A DNA stretch of 64,000 bases from Microcaecilia unicolor (taxonomy: Eukaryota). Of the stretch, positions 37,723 through 50,134 are shown in pieces. The stretch spans positions 238,253 to 302,252 of the forward strand of contig NW_021963017.1 of assembly GCF_901765095.1 (NCBI RefSeq), given 5' to 3'. The notes beneath the pieces are model-generated. The model was not told where the DNA came from and searched no databases. It worked only from the letters and a program-made list of their open reading frames with translations. Within the stretch, counting starts at the first letter, position 1, and each line of letters opens with the position of its first letter. The position numbers and the translations under genes were made by a program.

Positions 37723-38848
37723 CGCCCCCATCGTGGACGTGGCTCCACGGAGTCGAGTTGGGCACGGTTGCAGACACAGGTCCGTGAACTTGTGTCTGAC
37801 ACCGAGGGTGAGGCCTCGTGGGAAGAGGAAGAAGACCCCAGATATTTCTCTGACGAGGAGTCTGAGGGTCTTCCTTCCGATCCTACTCCCTCTCCTGAAA
37901 GACAGCTTTCTCCTCCTGAGAGTCTGTCTTTCGCTTCCTTTGTCCGGGAGATGTCTACGGCCATCCCCTTCCCGGTGGTTGTGGAGGACGAGCCCAGGGC
38001 TGAAATGTTTGAGCTCCTGGACTATCCTTCTCCACCTAAGGAAGCGTCCACTGTTCCCTTGCACCATGTCCTGAAAAAGACATTGCTTGCGAACTGGACA
38101 AAACCATTAACTAACCCCCACATCCCCAAGAAGATCGAGTCCCAGTACCGGATCCATGGGGACCCAGATCTGATGCGCACTCAGTTGCCTCATGATTCTG
38201 GAGTTGTGGATCTGGCCCTAAAGAAGGCTAAGAGTTCTAGGGAGCATGCTTCGGCGCCCCCGGGCAAGGACTCTAGAATCTTAGACTCCTTTGGGAGGAA
38301 GGCCTACCATTCTTCTATGCTCGTGGCCAAAATTCAGTCTTACCAGCTCTACACGAGCATACACATGCGGAACAATGTGCGGCAGTTGGCGGGCTTGGTT
38401 GATGCTCTCCCCCCTGAGCAAGCCAAACCTTTTCAGGAGGTGGTCAGGCAGCTGAAGGCGTGCAGAAAATTCCTGGCCAGAGGGGTGTATGACACCTTTG
38501 ATGTTGCGTCCAGGGCCGCTGCTCAAGGTGTGGTGATGCGCAGGCTCTCATGGCTGCGTGCCTCCGACCTGGAGAATAGAATCCAGCAGCGGATTGCGGA
38601 CTCGCCTTGCCGTGCAGATAACATTTTTGGAGAGAAAGTCGAGCAGGTGGTAGAGCAGCTCCACCAGCGGGACACCGCATTCGACAAGTTCTCCCGCCGG
38701 CAGCCTTCAGCTTCTACCTCTACAGGTAGACGATTTTTCGGGGGAAGGAAGACTGTTCCCTACTCTTCTGGCAAGCGTAGGTACAATCCTCCTTCTCGAC
38801 AGCCTGCGGCCCAGGCTAAGCCCCAGCGCGCTCGCTCTCGTCAGCAGC

Positions 38849-40633
38849 GTGCGACTCAGCAAGGCCCCTCGGCTCCCCAGCAAAAGCAAGGGACGAGCTT
38901 TTGACTGGCTCCAGCAGAGCATAGCCGACATCCAAGTGTCAGTGCCGGGCGACCTGCCAGTCGGAGGGAGGTTGAAAGCTTTTCACCAAAGGTGGCCTCT
39001 CATAACCTCCGATCAGTGGGTTCTGCAAATAGTCCGGCAAGGATACACCCTCAATTTGGCCTCAAAACCTCCAAATTGTCCACCGGGAGCTCAGTCTTAC
39101 AGCTTCCAGCACAAGCAGGTACTTGCAGAGGAACTCTCCGCCCTTCTCAGCGCCAATGCGGTCGAGCCCGTGCCATCCGGGCAAGAAGGGCTGGGATTCT
39201 ATTCCAGGTACTTCCTTGTGGAAAAGAAAACAGGGGGGATGCGTCCCATCCTAGACCTAAGGGCCCTGAACAAATATCTGGTCAAAGAAAAGTTCAGGAT
39301 GCTTTCCCTGGGCACCCTACTTCCCATGATTCAGGAAAACGATTGGCTATGCTCTCTGGACTTGAAGGATGCCTACACACACATCCCGATACTGCCAGCT
39401 CACAGACAGTATCTGTGATTTCAGCTGGGCACACGTCACTTCCAGTACTGTGTGCTACCCTTTGGGCTCGCCTCTGCGCCCAGGGTGTTCACAAAGTGCT
39501 TGGCTGTAGTAGCAGCAGCACTTCGCAGGCTGGGAGTGCACGTGTTCCCATATCTCGACGATTGGCTGGTGAAGAACACGTCCGAGGCAGGAGCCCTGCA
39601 GATCACAGCTCGGCAGATGTTGAGATTGCTGGGCCACATGGCCTCCACAGTTCATGTGACTCCCATGGCCCGCCTTCACATGAGGTCTGCTCAATGGACC
39701 CTAGCTTCCCAGTGGTTTCAGGCTGCTGGGGATCTAGAAGACGTGATCCACCTGTCCACGAGTTTTCTCGAATCCCTGTATTGGTGGACGATTTGGTCCA
39801 ATTTGACTCTGGGACATCCTTTCCAAATTCCTCAGCCACAAAAAGTGCTGACCACGGATGCGTCTCTCCTGGGATGGGGAGCTCATGTCGATGGGCTTCA
39901 CACCCAAGGAAGCTGGTCCCTCCAGGAACGCGATCTACAGATCAATCTTCTGGAGTTGCGAGCGATCTGGAACGCTCTGAAGGCTTTCAGAGATCGGCTG
40001 TCCCACCAAATTATCCAAATTCAGACAGACAACCAGGTTGCCATGTACTACGTCAACAAGCAGGGGGGCACTGGATCTCGCCCCCTGTGTCAGGAAGCCG
40101 TCAGCATGTGGCTCTGGGCTCGCCGTCACGGCATGGTGCTCCAAGCCACATATCTGGCAGGCGTAAACAACAGTCTGGCCAACAGGTTGAGCAGGATTAT
40201 GCAACCTCACGAGTGGTCGCTCAACTCCCGAGTGGTGCGCCAGATCTTCCAAGCGTGGGGCACCCCCTTGGTGGATCTCTTCGCATCTCGAGCCAACCAC
40301 AAAGTCCCTCAGTTCTGTTCCAGGCTTCAGGCCCACGGCAGACTGGCATCGGATGCCTTCCTCCTGGATTGGGGGGAGGGCCTGCTGTATGCTTATCCTC
40401 CCATACCTCTGGTGGGGAAGACTTTGTTGAAACTCAAGCAAGACCGAGGCACCATGATTCTGATTGCTCCTTTTTGGCCGCGTCAGATCTGGTTCCCTCT
40501 TCTTCTGGAGTTATCCTCCGAAGAACCGTGGAGATTGGAGTGTTTTCCGACCCTCATCACGCAGGACGAAGGGGCTCTTCTGCATCCCAGCCTCCGGTCC
40601 CTGGCTCTCACGGCCTGGATGTTGAGAGCGTAG
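38849..40633 (+). pseudogene. DIRS pol (RT-RNaseH-MT-like) with a single in-frame stop
   Basis: YSRYFLVEKKTGGMRPILDLRALNKYL, DLKDAYTHIPI, VLPFGLASAPRVFTK, FPYLDDWLV (RT), then a TDASLLGWGA RNase H and a methyltransferase-like region. The TGA at 39416-39418 is the only interruption (HRQYL*FQLGTRHFQY). Confidence 0.75.
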
Positions 40634-41669
40634 ACTTTGCCTCTTTGGGTCTGTCAGAGGGTGTCTCCCGCATCTTGCTTGCTTCCAGGAAAGATTCCAC
40701 TAAGAGGAGTTACTTCTTTCTGTGGAGGAGGTTTGCCGTCTGGTGTGACAGCAAGGCCCTAGATCCTCGCTCTTGTCCTACACAGACCCTGCTTGAATAC
40801 CTTCTGCACTTGTCTGAGTCTGGCCTCAAGACCAACTCTGTAAGGGTTCACCTTAGTGCAATCAGTGCATACCATTACCATATGGAAGGTAAGCCGATCT
40901 CAGGACAGCCTTTAGTTGTTTGCTTCATGAGAGGTTTGCTTTTGTCAAAGCCCCCTGTCAAGCCTCCTACAGTGTCATGGGATCTCAATGTCGTTCTCAC
41001 CCAGCTGATGAAACCTCCTTTTGAGCCACTGAACTCCTGCCATCTGAAGTACTTGACCTGGAAGGTCATTTTCTTGGTGGCAGTTACTTCAGCTCGTAGA
41101 GTCAGTGAGCTTCAGGCCCTGGTAGCCCAGGCCCCTTACACCAAATTTCATCATAACAGAGTAGTCCTCCGCACTCACCCTAAGTTCCTGCCAAAGGTCG
41201 TGTCGGAGTTCCATCTGAACCAGTCAATTGTCTTGCCAACATTTTTTCCCCGTCCTCATTCCTGCCCTGCTGAACGTCGCTGCACACATTGGACTGCAAG
41301 AGAGCATTGGCCTTCTATCTGGAGCGGACACAGCCCAACAGACAGTCCGCCCAATTGTTTGTTTCTTTTGATCCCAATAGGAGGGGAGTGGCTGTGGGGA
41401 AACGCACCATATCCAATTGGCTAGCAGATTGCATTTCCTTCACTTACGCCCAGGCGGGGCTGGCTCTTGAGGGTCATGTCACGGCTCATAATGTTAGAGC
41501 CATGGCTGCGTCGGTAGCCCACTTGAAGTCAGCCTCCATTGAAGAAATTTGCAAAGCTGCGACGTGGTCATCTGTCCACACATTCACATCTCATTACTGC
41601 CTGCAGCAGGATACCCGACGCGACAGTCGGTTCGGGCAGTCAGTTCTTCAGAACCTGTTTGGGCTTTAG
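40560..41669 (+). pseudogene. DIRS tyrosine recombinase (YR), one frameshift
   Basis: SLGLSEGVSRILLASRKDSTKRSYFFLWRRF..., ...FLVAVTSARRVSELQAL..., then the C-terminal ...EEICKAATWSSVHTFTSHYCL in the frame of ORF 41289-41669. Only the C-terminal ~270 aa of the 810-aa ORF 38992-41424 is genuine coding; the N-terminal part is an out-of-frame overlap with pol. Confidence 0.65.
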
Positions 41670-42754
41670 GATCCAACTCCACCCCCCGAGGGCCCTGTTT
41701 GTTCTGTTCCAGGCTGCACTCTCAGTTAGTTGGTAAATTTTTTTAGGTCAATCTCAGTTATGTCCTCGCCGTTGCGAGGCCCAATTGACCATGGTTGTTG
41801 TTTTGAGTGAGCCTGGGGGCTAGGGATACCCCATCAGTGAGAACAAGCAGCCTGCTTGTCCTCGGAGAAAGCGAATGCTACATACCTGTAGAAGGTATTC
41901 TCCGAGGACAGCAGGCTGATTGTTCTCACAAACCCGCCCGCCTCCCCTTTGGAGTTGTGTCTTCCCTTCTCTTGTCTTGCTACATATGAAACTGGCCGGC
42001 TCGAGCCGGTTTCGGGCGGGAAGACGGCCGCGCATGTGCGGTGCGCGCAGGCGCGCGAGGGCTAGCAAAGGACTTTGCTAGTGAAGATTCCGATTGGAGG
42101 GGCTGCCGTGGACGTCACCCATCAGTGAGAACAATCAGCCTGCTGTCCTCGGAGAATACCTTCGGTATACGCAAGTTGTTCCTGTGGGAGCGGTTTTCAA
42201 GATCTTCCAGTTTGTTCATTTGTTCCTTTAGCTGCTGATTTAGACACACTATGTCTGGGCCGTACACGTGGGAGTCATCCTCCAGAGCCGAAACCCTGGC
42301 TTCTAAGTCCCCCGTGCGGGTCCCCAAACCGTCCAGCATCGTTTGAAACAAATCCAGTTTTTGATCCATCATTTCCCACTTCTGCTCCCAGGCTTTCTCT
42401 ACTGCCGATGTTAGCTGCAGGAGCTGGGTGTCAGTAAAGGCCGGTGGCGGCAAGGGAGGATCCTTCGCCATGTTGGCCTCCACACTGCCAGGCTTACTTT
42501 TTTCTTTAACAGCCTTATGCGCATCCCAGCAGGCAATTTGTTCAAATGTTTGTCCATAAAGAAATGTCCCACCACCATCCAGCACCAAACAAAGATATAG
42601 TGCAGCAGTTAAGATGATATGGATGCGAGGGCCCCAGAGCTTCAGCAAGATGCTGCTGTTCAGCTCATAGCAGCACGTGATGTTCTGCATATTTTATAAA
42701 ATACACATGTACATTACAATTTCAGCTCCTCTTCATTCCAAACTATGCCTGCGA

Positions 42755-43570
42755 GGGCTCATGTATAAGTGTGCACAATCCTTTAGGCACTGTCACGAAC
42801 CCACCTGGGGTTACCCTGCGGCCACTTAGATGGTCTATCCCCAGCACAGCTCAGGTCCACCTGCACCTGCTTCTTGTGCTCTACACTAGTATTCTCCTCC
42901 CACTGACTGGGTCACAACTGCCTCTGGGTGAGTCTCCCACTCACAGATTATCCCCAGTGATTTCTAGGTTTCTGGAGCCACAGTCCCCAGAGAGCACTCG
43001 CAGACCAACACACAAACCACCAGGATTCTTTATCAATCCAGGCAAACAGGGTGAACAAACAATTTGTTTATTCTCTTAAAAAATATTGAACAGTGGAACA
43101 AAATAGTTCAATTGGCAAACAATAACAGGTAACTGAAATATGGATCAATTATAACACTAATTAAACACTTACATACTGCCTAGAAAGTACCTGGGGAGAT
43201 CAGGGCATATATCTGTTCACAGAGCTTCAGCAAAACAGATCTCTCTCTCTCTCTTCTTCTCCCAGGCTGAAACTGAAGCAACAGCCAGCATCTGCTGGGT
43301 AATTTCAAAACTCCAGGCCAGTCATAGCCCAGAACAGTTAAGTTTCAAATAAAAACTGGTTTCATCACTACAGGCACTTCCTATTATCTGTGTTCCAAAT
43401 AAAAGAAAGAGATGTCAGTCCTCTGTAACAGCTTAAAGTGTAAACATGCACGATCTGCTGGCCAAACAGGAGAAATATACTTCAGACATATTTAAGACAG
43501 GAAAATATCCAATACATTTTACAGACTTAAAACCCACTGTTTCTTCACAGGCACATATACTTACATGCAT
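42755..43570 (+). repeat. unclassified ~0.85-kb interspersed repeat (copy 2)
   Basis: Homologous to 8850-9718 (reverse complement). It lies immediately 5' of the L1 ORF1 and could be part of that L1 5'UTR or an independent element. Confidence 0.5.
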
Positions 43571-44089
43571 GTAAACAGTTACAGAGTTTTTTTAAAAGGC
43601 CTTTTCTGCCCCTTAGCATCAGCTCTACACACAGAAAATCTTTTATAAAATTACCCCCACAGTGGATAGATGGTGCTGCAATTATTTAGAAAGGGTCTTG
43701 ACACCTTGTTGGACAAATGAGCATCAACTACTTTTTGTAGATCCTCTGATATTTCTTTTGACCTTAGAATGAGTTGCTACTAAATTTTTTTTGGTGAAGG
43801 CCAAACTCAGAATCTTTTAGATGCCCAAATATTCTCATGCAGATAGATTCACTTTGCAGAACAGATTACTTGTTACCCAATTATTTAAGCACTTGAATTT
43901 AATTAGCCAATTAATTGTGCTAAGGGAGCTAGGATACACTTACTGTTCACACACCGATGGTAAAGTAGTCTTATTGTTCCTACTTTGTAAATTATAGTTT
44001 CTCATGAAACATGGAATTGTTTAATTTATACCCTTTTTGTTACATAAGCAAATAGTCCGATCCCTATTTAGCTCATGGTGGCCAGAATT

Positions 44090-44750
44090 AGCCCCGGATA
44101 TTCAGTGCTGGGCCGTGTTTAGGCAACCGCATTGAATATCTGGGGGTAATTCAATGGTGTTAACTGCCGGAGCTTATGTAAGTCCAGGATGATAGTCAGC
44201 TGGGATCTGCATAAAACACCTAGGCAGATCCCAGCTGAATATTGGCGAGGACCTGCATAAAAACAAATGCAAAGTCTGGCATTCCCCTCCCCTCCCTAGG
44301 CCCTCTGGGCTTGCCTAAAAAGTTCCTGGTGATCTAGAAGAAACTCGGGTAGGAGAAATTCCCACTTGTTCCTGTTTGGTACCAGCCTGCATTCCAAAAT
44401 GGCTGCTGCAGCCTCGCTAGACCCTATGTAAGTTTAACCAGGTCACAGCTGATATCGGACCAGTGCCCGGTTAAATTTGTTGCATAAAATTTTAGGACAG
44501 CCTTTTTCTGTCGTAACTTTATGCTCCAACCTAGCTGCTTTGCAGTCTGAATATTGCCGCTAACCAGCCTGAGCTGTGTGCCACCTGATTTCCAACCTTA
44601 GCTCACCCCTAACCTCACTGGTTGGCCATTTAGTGGCAGCATTAATCGGCACTGTCCGGTTAAGTGCTGTTGAATATTGCTGGTTAATCCTGACTAAGCA
44701 GTTTAAATGGCCTGGAGCTTCTTCTTTGAATATAGGGTGGATTGTTTTCA
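44090..44750. repeat. region of nested dyad symmetries with a recurring TGAATATTG motif
   Basis: At least six occurrences of (c/t)tgaatatTG. A perfect 14-bp inverted repeat cagctgggatctgc...gcagatcccagctg sits at 44195-44238. taaccagc/gctggttaa inverted pairs sit at 44560-44690. Confidence 0.35.
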
Positions 44751-45288
44751 ATTAAACAAAAGTCTTATGGTAAGAATTTGTACTTATTATTTAGGTGTTC
44801 ACAAACTGTCTTAGCACTGTACGTACATATCCACCTCTTCCACTATACTTTGTGCATCTGATGAAGTGGACTCTTGTTCTTGAAAGCTTATGCCTCAATA
44901 AATCTTTCAGGCACCACCTGCATCTTTTGATGATTTTGTTTCTACAGATTAACCTGGCTACCCCTCTGGCTAATTTCTCCTAGAGAATCATCCTGAAAAA
45001 AGTTGAAAAGCAAGGGGAGAATAAGGTTTAAAAAGCAAATATACAAAATGCATACATGTATCCACTGGAGTACTGTCCTTGGAATCTGCTACTGTTTAAA
45101 ATCTCACTTTGGGAATATCTCAAATTATTTATCATAAATAGTTTTTAACTTGGTTGTCAACTAATGTTATCTGTGACTCAAATTATCTTTTTACTCTTTT
45201 TTTTCCCCATGATAAGTATTCTAGCATACCAAGACTGATGTCCTTGAACATGTAACCATTTATTGCTTGTGTATTTTATTATGCAAAG

Positions 45289-45472
45289 TACCTGCATCAA
45301 ATACTCAAAACCCAGTGAAACAGATGGCTCCCGGCTCTTAGTGGTATGTAGCGTGGCTCTTGGGAAATGCATGGAGCTGTACGAGACAGATTTTTCATTA
45401 GCCAAAGCCCCAGCAGGATATCAGAGTGTACATGGGGTTCGGAAAGCACCAGGCAGCCTCTCGGACTTTGAG
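45289..45472 (+). CDS. PARP4: PARP catalytic-domain exon
   Basis: Acceptor ttattatgcaaag|, donor GAG|gtatga. Translation is (S)TCIKYSKPSETDGSRLLVVCSVALGKCMELYETDFSLAKAPAGYQSVHGVRKAPGSLSDFE (cf. PARP1 [31 protein letters not shown]...KGKHSVKGLG). Confidence 0.75.
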
Positions 45473-46253
45473 GTATGAAAATACATATTGAACCATACCA
45501 GTAATGAGTCTTGAGAACCTTAAAAACCATTGACAAGGCTCTCATTTAGGCACTTAACAGCATATATAGAATTTGGCCCTAAAAGTTACGTGCATTAAAT
45601 TGGACGTGTGCCCCCATTTAATGCGCATAACTTAATGAGTCAATCTGCACTGATAATTGGTGATAAATTTAAATGTTAAATTTTCACACCGAGTTTTAGA
45701 CACTACTTATAGAATATACCCCTTAAAGGTTAAGAATATTTTACGGTATGCACCACCCTTCCATACTTATGTACTTGCACTTACAGTAGCCCTATGACTG
45801 GCGTAAGTGTGAGCACCTAAATGTTAGGTGCATTGATACTCAGTTGAAGTAGGCACCTGCTGCGTTCCAGTTATAGAATTGCTCATAAAGTGTGCCCTGG
45901 AACTGTCTATGTTGCACGCCACCATTCTGGTGCCCTATATCTTGGTCACCTGTCTGCTGCTATTTGTTCATTATGTCTGTGCTTCTCGCATGTTTTTTGT
46001 GGGCGCTTGCATGAATTATTGTTGATAGTGTCCCATTTAAAAAAAAATTTGTCTTAATAAATTTGGATATTTAAGCTGTTTAATCTTTTGTTTTGATTGC
46101 TTGCTTGTTCCAGTTTGCATTTGTGCTATGATACAGTTCAGTTGCATTAAAAGAAGCACATTTAGACAAATGGGTGGATGTTTTTTGGTGTGATTTGTAA
46201 CTGTAATATATGTCTATATATCTATATACAGGTTTGTAATTTTTTTTTTATAG

Positions 46254-46404
46254 GATGATGAATTTGTTATATATAATACAAACCAGGTCAAAATGGGATA
46301 TATTGTAAAATTTTGCCTGGAGGAAGACAATGTGAAAGAGTTTTTTCCTGATATAAGTATTACTGAGGTGGCAGAAAGAGTTCCATGTCATTTACAGTCA
46401 GAAG
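46254..46404 (+). CDS. PARP4: PARP catalytic-domain C-terminal exon (catalytic Glu)
   Basis: Acceptor ttttttttttatag|, donor G|gtaaag. Translation is DDEFVIYNTNQVKMGYIVKFCLEEDNVKEFFPDISITEVAERVPCHLQSE (cf. PARP1 [23 protein letters not shown]). Confidence 0.75.
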
Positions 46405-46479
46405 GTAAAGAATATTTTTTAATTACACTTTTTTTTTCCAATCTAAAATATTTTTATTTTGCATAACTCTGTAATAAGA

Positions 46480-47290
46480 GCACATCTCGCTCACATTTGC
46501 CCACGCAGGGGCTCATAAATACTTTACTACACTACTACATCTAAAACCAACTCATCACTATATCCACTACAACAAATAACAAGATCATCACAAAGACAAC
46601 CACCACAGCCCAACTAAACCTTGTACTCCTCAGATACAACATCCCCCTCCCCTTCACTCTCACCATCTCCAGCTCCAACTCAGCTTAAGAGCACCTCGTG
46701 GTTTTTTGGAGCACTCTCTCTCCCCCTCCCTCTCCACTCCCCTCCCCCCTCCTATAAGGCTCCATTGACCTAAATACTTGTCAATCGCTGTTGTAAGCGA
46801 ACCCATCTTCCCTTATGTCGCCATGTACCCTCCCTACGGTAAGCCGTTAGTCTCTCCATTTGTATTAACTGACCCAATTTACATTTCCAATCACCCAATG
46901 TCGGGGGATCTACCCTCTTCCAGTACTGTGCTATGAGGCACTTAGCTGCTGCCAGCTCCCATCGTAACCATTTCCGCTCCTCCCAAGATTCCCTTTCATT
47001 ATGTAAGCCCAAGAGACACACCAAAGGGCTGCACACCAAGGATGATCCAATCAACTTTACTAATACTTTCATAACATCTTGCCAAAAAGGTACCACCCCG
47101 GAGCATGACCACCATATATGTATAAAAGTACCCCTCTGTGAACCACACCTCCAACATAGATCCGACGCACTGGGGTACATCCTCTTCAATCTCTCAGGTG
47201 TGTAATACCATCGGGATAAGACTTTTATATGCATTTGCCTGCACCAAAACACATACCGAGGCTTTCTGCACCTCCCCACAAATAACTTCC
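46480..47290 (-). mobile_element. L1/Tx1-like 3' fragment (ORF2 C-terminal Cys knuckle)
   Basis: Minus ORF 46770-47279 has ...CWRCGSQRGTFIHIWWSCSGVVPFWQDV..., homologous to the C-terminus of the L1 at 31563-31790. Confidence 0.55.
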
Positions 47291-47927
47291 CACTCCTGAT
47301 CAGAAAAACAGTAATTTAAATCCTCCTCCTAAGCCCCCTGAAAACCAAATGGCCTAGGGTCATATTCCCTCAAAAATTTGTATATCACCAGTATTGGTCT
47401 GGGAACCTTCTTCAACAAAAGCCACAGATTTTCCAGACTCTCCCTTTCCTGTGGATTCCCCCCCCCCCCAACCCACTGTCCCCATTAACCTAAATTTGTT
47501 TATTAATACATTGGAGGTCATTTTTATCACTATTTTAATTACTATATTTGTATTTTTTAATTATTGGTATTGTCTTTTACATACACACTTCTTATAAACA
47601 TTCTTTTAAAACAATTTTTTTTTTTTTTTGGTTAAAATTAATAATACAAATTTTTTTTGGTTAAACTTAATAATATGGTACACAAATGAATATAGGAATT
47701 TAAACCCATGTTTACATGTGTTCATTTGATTCATTCATCAGAATCAGATATGGATGTTTATACATAGATATGTTCGGTTTATATGTGGTTGGTTTTTATT
47801 TATAGATGTTCTTGAACATTTTCGCCCATTTTGATGGATGGATTTTCTTAAGTTTGTACATACTTTATACACACACATATGTATTCCTAAAGTATTTCTA
47901 ATTATTTGGTAATGTCCTTTTTATATA

Positions 47928-48230
47928 AATACTAGTAAAAAAGCCCCGTTTCTGATGCAAATGAAACGGGGGCTAGCGATGTTTTCTTCTGTGTGCATGT
48001 GGGAGTGTGTGTGTCCCTGCCCTCTGGCCTCTCTCCCCTCCCCCCTCTGAGTCCTTCACTGTTACAGAGCCAGCGATTTGATTTCGTGCTCTGCTGTTTT
48101 CCTTCACTGACTGTGTTACAGAGAGGGCGGGGCAGACACTCATAGGGAAACCGGATATCTCGCCCCCTTCACACTTCCGGCTGGAGGCTTCATAGAACGT
48201 TGGTGTTGCTTTTTATATAGAGAGATTTTA
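47928..48230 (+). repeat. unclassified interspersed repeat with 5' hairpin (copy 2)
   Basis: tactagtaaaaaag + ccccgtttctgatgcaaatgaaacgggg + gctagcgatgtt + a GT-rich stretch + gagggcggggcagaca, paralleling 6081-6730. Confidence 0.4.
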
Positions 48231-48324
48231 TGGTGATGCTGTTTTATCATTACACTATATGTTGCCTATGTTGTTTTTATTATCATTATTATTTTGTAAT
48301 TATTATTATTATTCTCATTTTTAT

Positions 48325-49780
48325 GCCACTATCCAGCTTGTTTCCGAAAGAGAAAGACGCCCATATTTCGACCCTAATCGGGAGATGGGCGTCTTTCTCC
48401 CGTTTGCGACCAAATCGGTATAATCGAAAGCTGATTTGGGGCGTCTTCAACTGCACTCCGTTGCAGGAACGACCAAAGTTGACGGGGGCGTGTCGGAGGT
48501 GTGGTAAAGGCGGGACTGGGGCGTGGTTATCGGCCGAGGAGAGATGGCCGCCTTCGGCCAATAATCGAAAAAAGAAAGGCGGTTTTACTGCAATTTTGGG
48601 TCACTTTTTTTGGACCCTTTTTTTTCATGAACAAGTCCCAAAAAAGTGCCCCAACTGCCCAGATGACCACTGGAGGGAATCGGGGATGACCTCCCCGGGC
48701 TCCCCCAGTGGTCACTAACCCCCTCCCACCAAAAAAAAAGAACTTGAAAAACCTTTTTTTCCAGCCTGTATGGCAGCCTCAAATGTCATACCCAGCTCCA
48801 TGACAGCAGTATGCAGGTCCCTGGAGCAATTGTTAGTGGGTGCAGTGGACTTCACCCAGGTGGGCACAGGCCCATCCCCCCCTACCTGTTCGAACTTGTG
48901 GTGGTAAATGGGAGCCTACCAGACCGCCCCCAAAACCCACTGTACCCACATATAGGTGCTCCCCATCACCCCTTAGGGCTATGGTAATGATGTAGAGTTG
49001 TGGGCAGTGAGTTTTGGGGGGGATTTGAGGGGCTCAGCACCCAAAGGAAGGGAGCTATGGACTTGGGAGGTATTTTACTTTTGTTTTTATGCTTTACAAG
49101 TGCCCCCTAGGGTGCCCAGTTGCTGTCCTGGCATGTGAGGGCAGTGGCGTTCCAAGGGGCGCTGACACCCGGGGCAGATCGCCGATGCGCCCCGCCCCCC
49201 CGGGTGCAGTGCCCCCCCCCCCGTGCAGCGCCCCCCCCCCCCCCGGCGAAGGGACACCCCCCCCACCCCGGTGAAAGAACCCCCCCCCCGGTGCACGCCG
49301 CTGGTCAGCGTCGTTCGTTTCCATGCTCCCTCTGCCCCGGAACAGGTTACTTCCTGTTCTGGGGCAGAGGGAGCATGGAAACCAACGACGCTGACCGGCG
49401 CGTGGCACCCCCCCCAGCGGCGTGCACCCGGGGCAGACCGCCCCCACTGCCTCTCCTTGGTACGCCACTGTGTGAGGGGGACCAGTGCACTACAAATCCT
49501 GGCCCCTCCCACGACCCAATGCCTTGGATTTGATTGTTTTTGAGCTGGGCGCCTTCGGTTTCCATTATCGCTGAAAAACGATACTGCCCAGCTCAAATCC
49601 GCACAAATTTGATGCATTTGGCCGGCACAAACTGTACTATCGAAAAAAAAGATGGACGTACATTTTGTTCAAAAATACGGTCTGTCCCGCCTCTTCACGT
49701 ACCCGTTTTCGGACATAGACACCCATGGAGATGGGCGTTCGCGTTCGATTATGCCCCTCCACATGCTTTATTACTAGACC
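48325..49780 (+). repeat. ~1.1-kb interspersed repeat, copy A (carries a nested hAT-like MITE)
   Basis: Colinear homology to copy B (50630-51722) from ..cagcttgtttccgaaagagaaagacgcccat.. to ..cgattatgcccctccacat. ORFs 48289-48561(-) and 50587-50874(-) are homologous pseudo-peptides. It is interrupted at 49142-49470. Confidence 0.6.
49142..49470. mobile_element. hAT-like MITE (329 bp) nested in repeat copy A
   Basis: TIRs cagtggcgttccaagg / ccttggtacgccactg. The 8-bp TSD tgtgaggg is present at 49134-49141 and 49471-49478. The insertion is absent from the orthologous site in copy B (ggcatgtgagggggaccagtg at ~51410). It contains a 40-bp-stem hairpin at 49308-49395 and poly-C tracts. Confidence 0.65.
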
Positions 49781-50134
49781 CCTGAGGCAGGCGTTATGTA
49801 ACGCCGAAACACGACCCATGTTGGGTCACTTATTAATAGAGGACTCCTGTTGTCTCAGTCTTGAAGGCCCAGTTTTGCTTTTTTTGTTCGTATTCATATA
49901 TGTAGCAATGGTGTACTCCCTACTGGATGCTTGTTTGTTTATTTATTAGGATTTATTTACTGCCTTTTTGATGTACCAAGGTCGTGTGAACAAGAAATGT
50001 AAAGTTTCTGACCAAACCACCATGTGGTTTAGGATAATGAAATATACTGACAGTTCATATGTCTGTTACCTAAGTCATGATACTCATTCAGCAAAGGCAA
50101 AAATATATTTCTTCTTCATGCTATTCATATTTAG

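Larger units (their letters stand above)
36181..42154 (+). mobile_element. DIRS-like tyrosine-recombinase retrotransposon, near-intact
   Basis: The left inverted terminal repeat (ITR) at 36181-~36340 is reverse-complementary to the right ITR at ~41990-42154 (ctccgaggacaagcaggctg...ggccgtcttcccgcccgaaaccggctcgagccggccagt). An internal complementary region (ICR) at ~41826-41935 joins the complements of the two outer ends. A gag-like ORF is followed by RT, RNase H, a methyltransferase-like region and a tyrosine recombinase. There is no target-site duplication, as expected for DIRS. Confidence 0.8.
31200..42700 (-). mobile_element. Tx1/L1-like LINE (near full length) interrupted by a DIRS insertion
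   Basis: On the minus strand, ORF2 has an APE endonuclease (34540-35222: CLQETRL, GDFN), RT (33101-33938: APGPDGF, QGCPLSPLFF), the RT C-terminal part (31836-33239) and a Cys knuckle (31563-31790: FWSCKGIASFW). ORF1 with the NRSHRNNLRI motif is at 42155-42471, and its continuation lies 5' of the DIRS at ~35600-36180 (ERAHCVG). There are several frameshifts. Confidence 0.65.

Noticed and set aside
38992-41424. 810-aa ORF, the longest in the window
   Set aside because: Its first ~540 aa lie out of frame over the DIRS RT/RNase H region, where high GC suppresses stop codons. Only the C-terminal part (from ~40560) is the genuine tyrosine-recombinase reading frame.
42115-42690. 191-aa minus ORF as a single gene
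   Set aside because: It is chimeric. Residues up to …NRSHRNNLRIPKVF are L1 ORF1; the last 12 aa read into the DIRS terminal repeat. The N-terminal 70 aa are probably 5'UTR read-through, and the real ORF1 start is near 42471.
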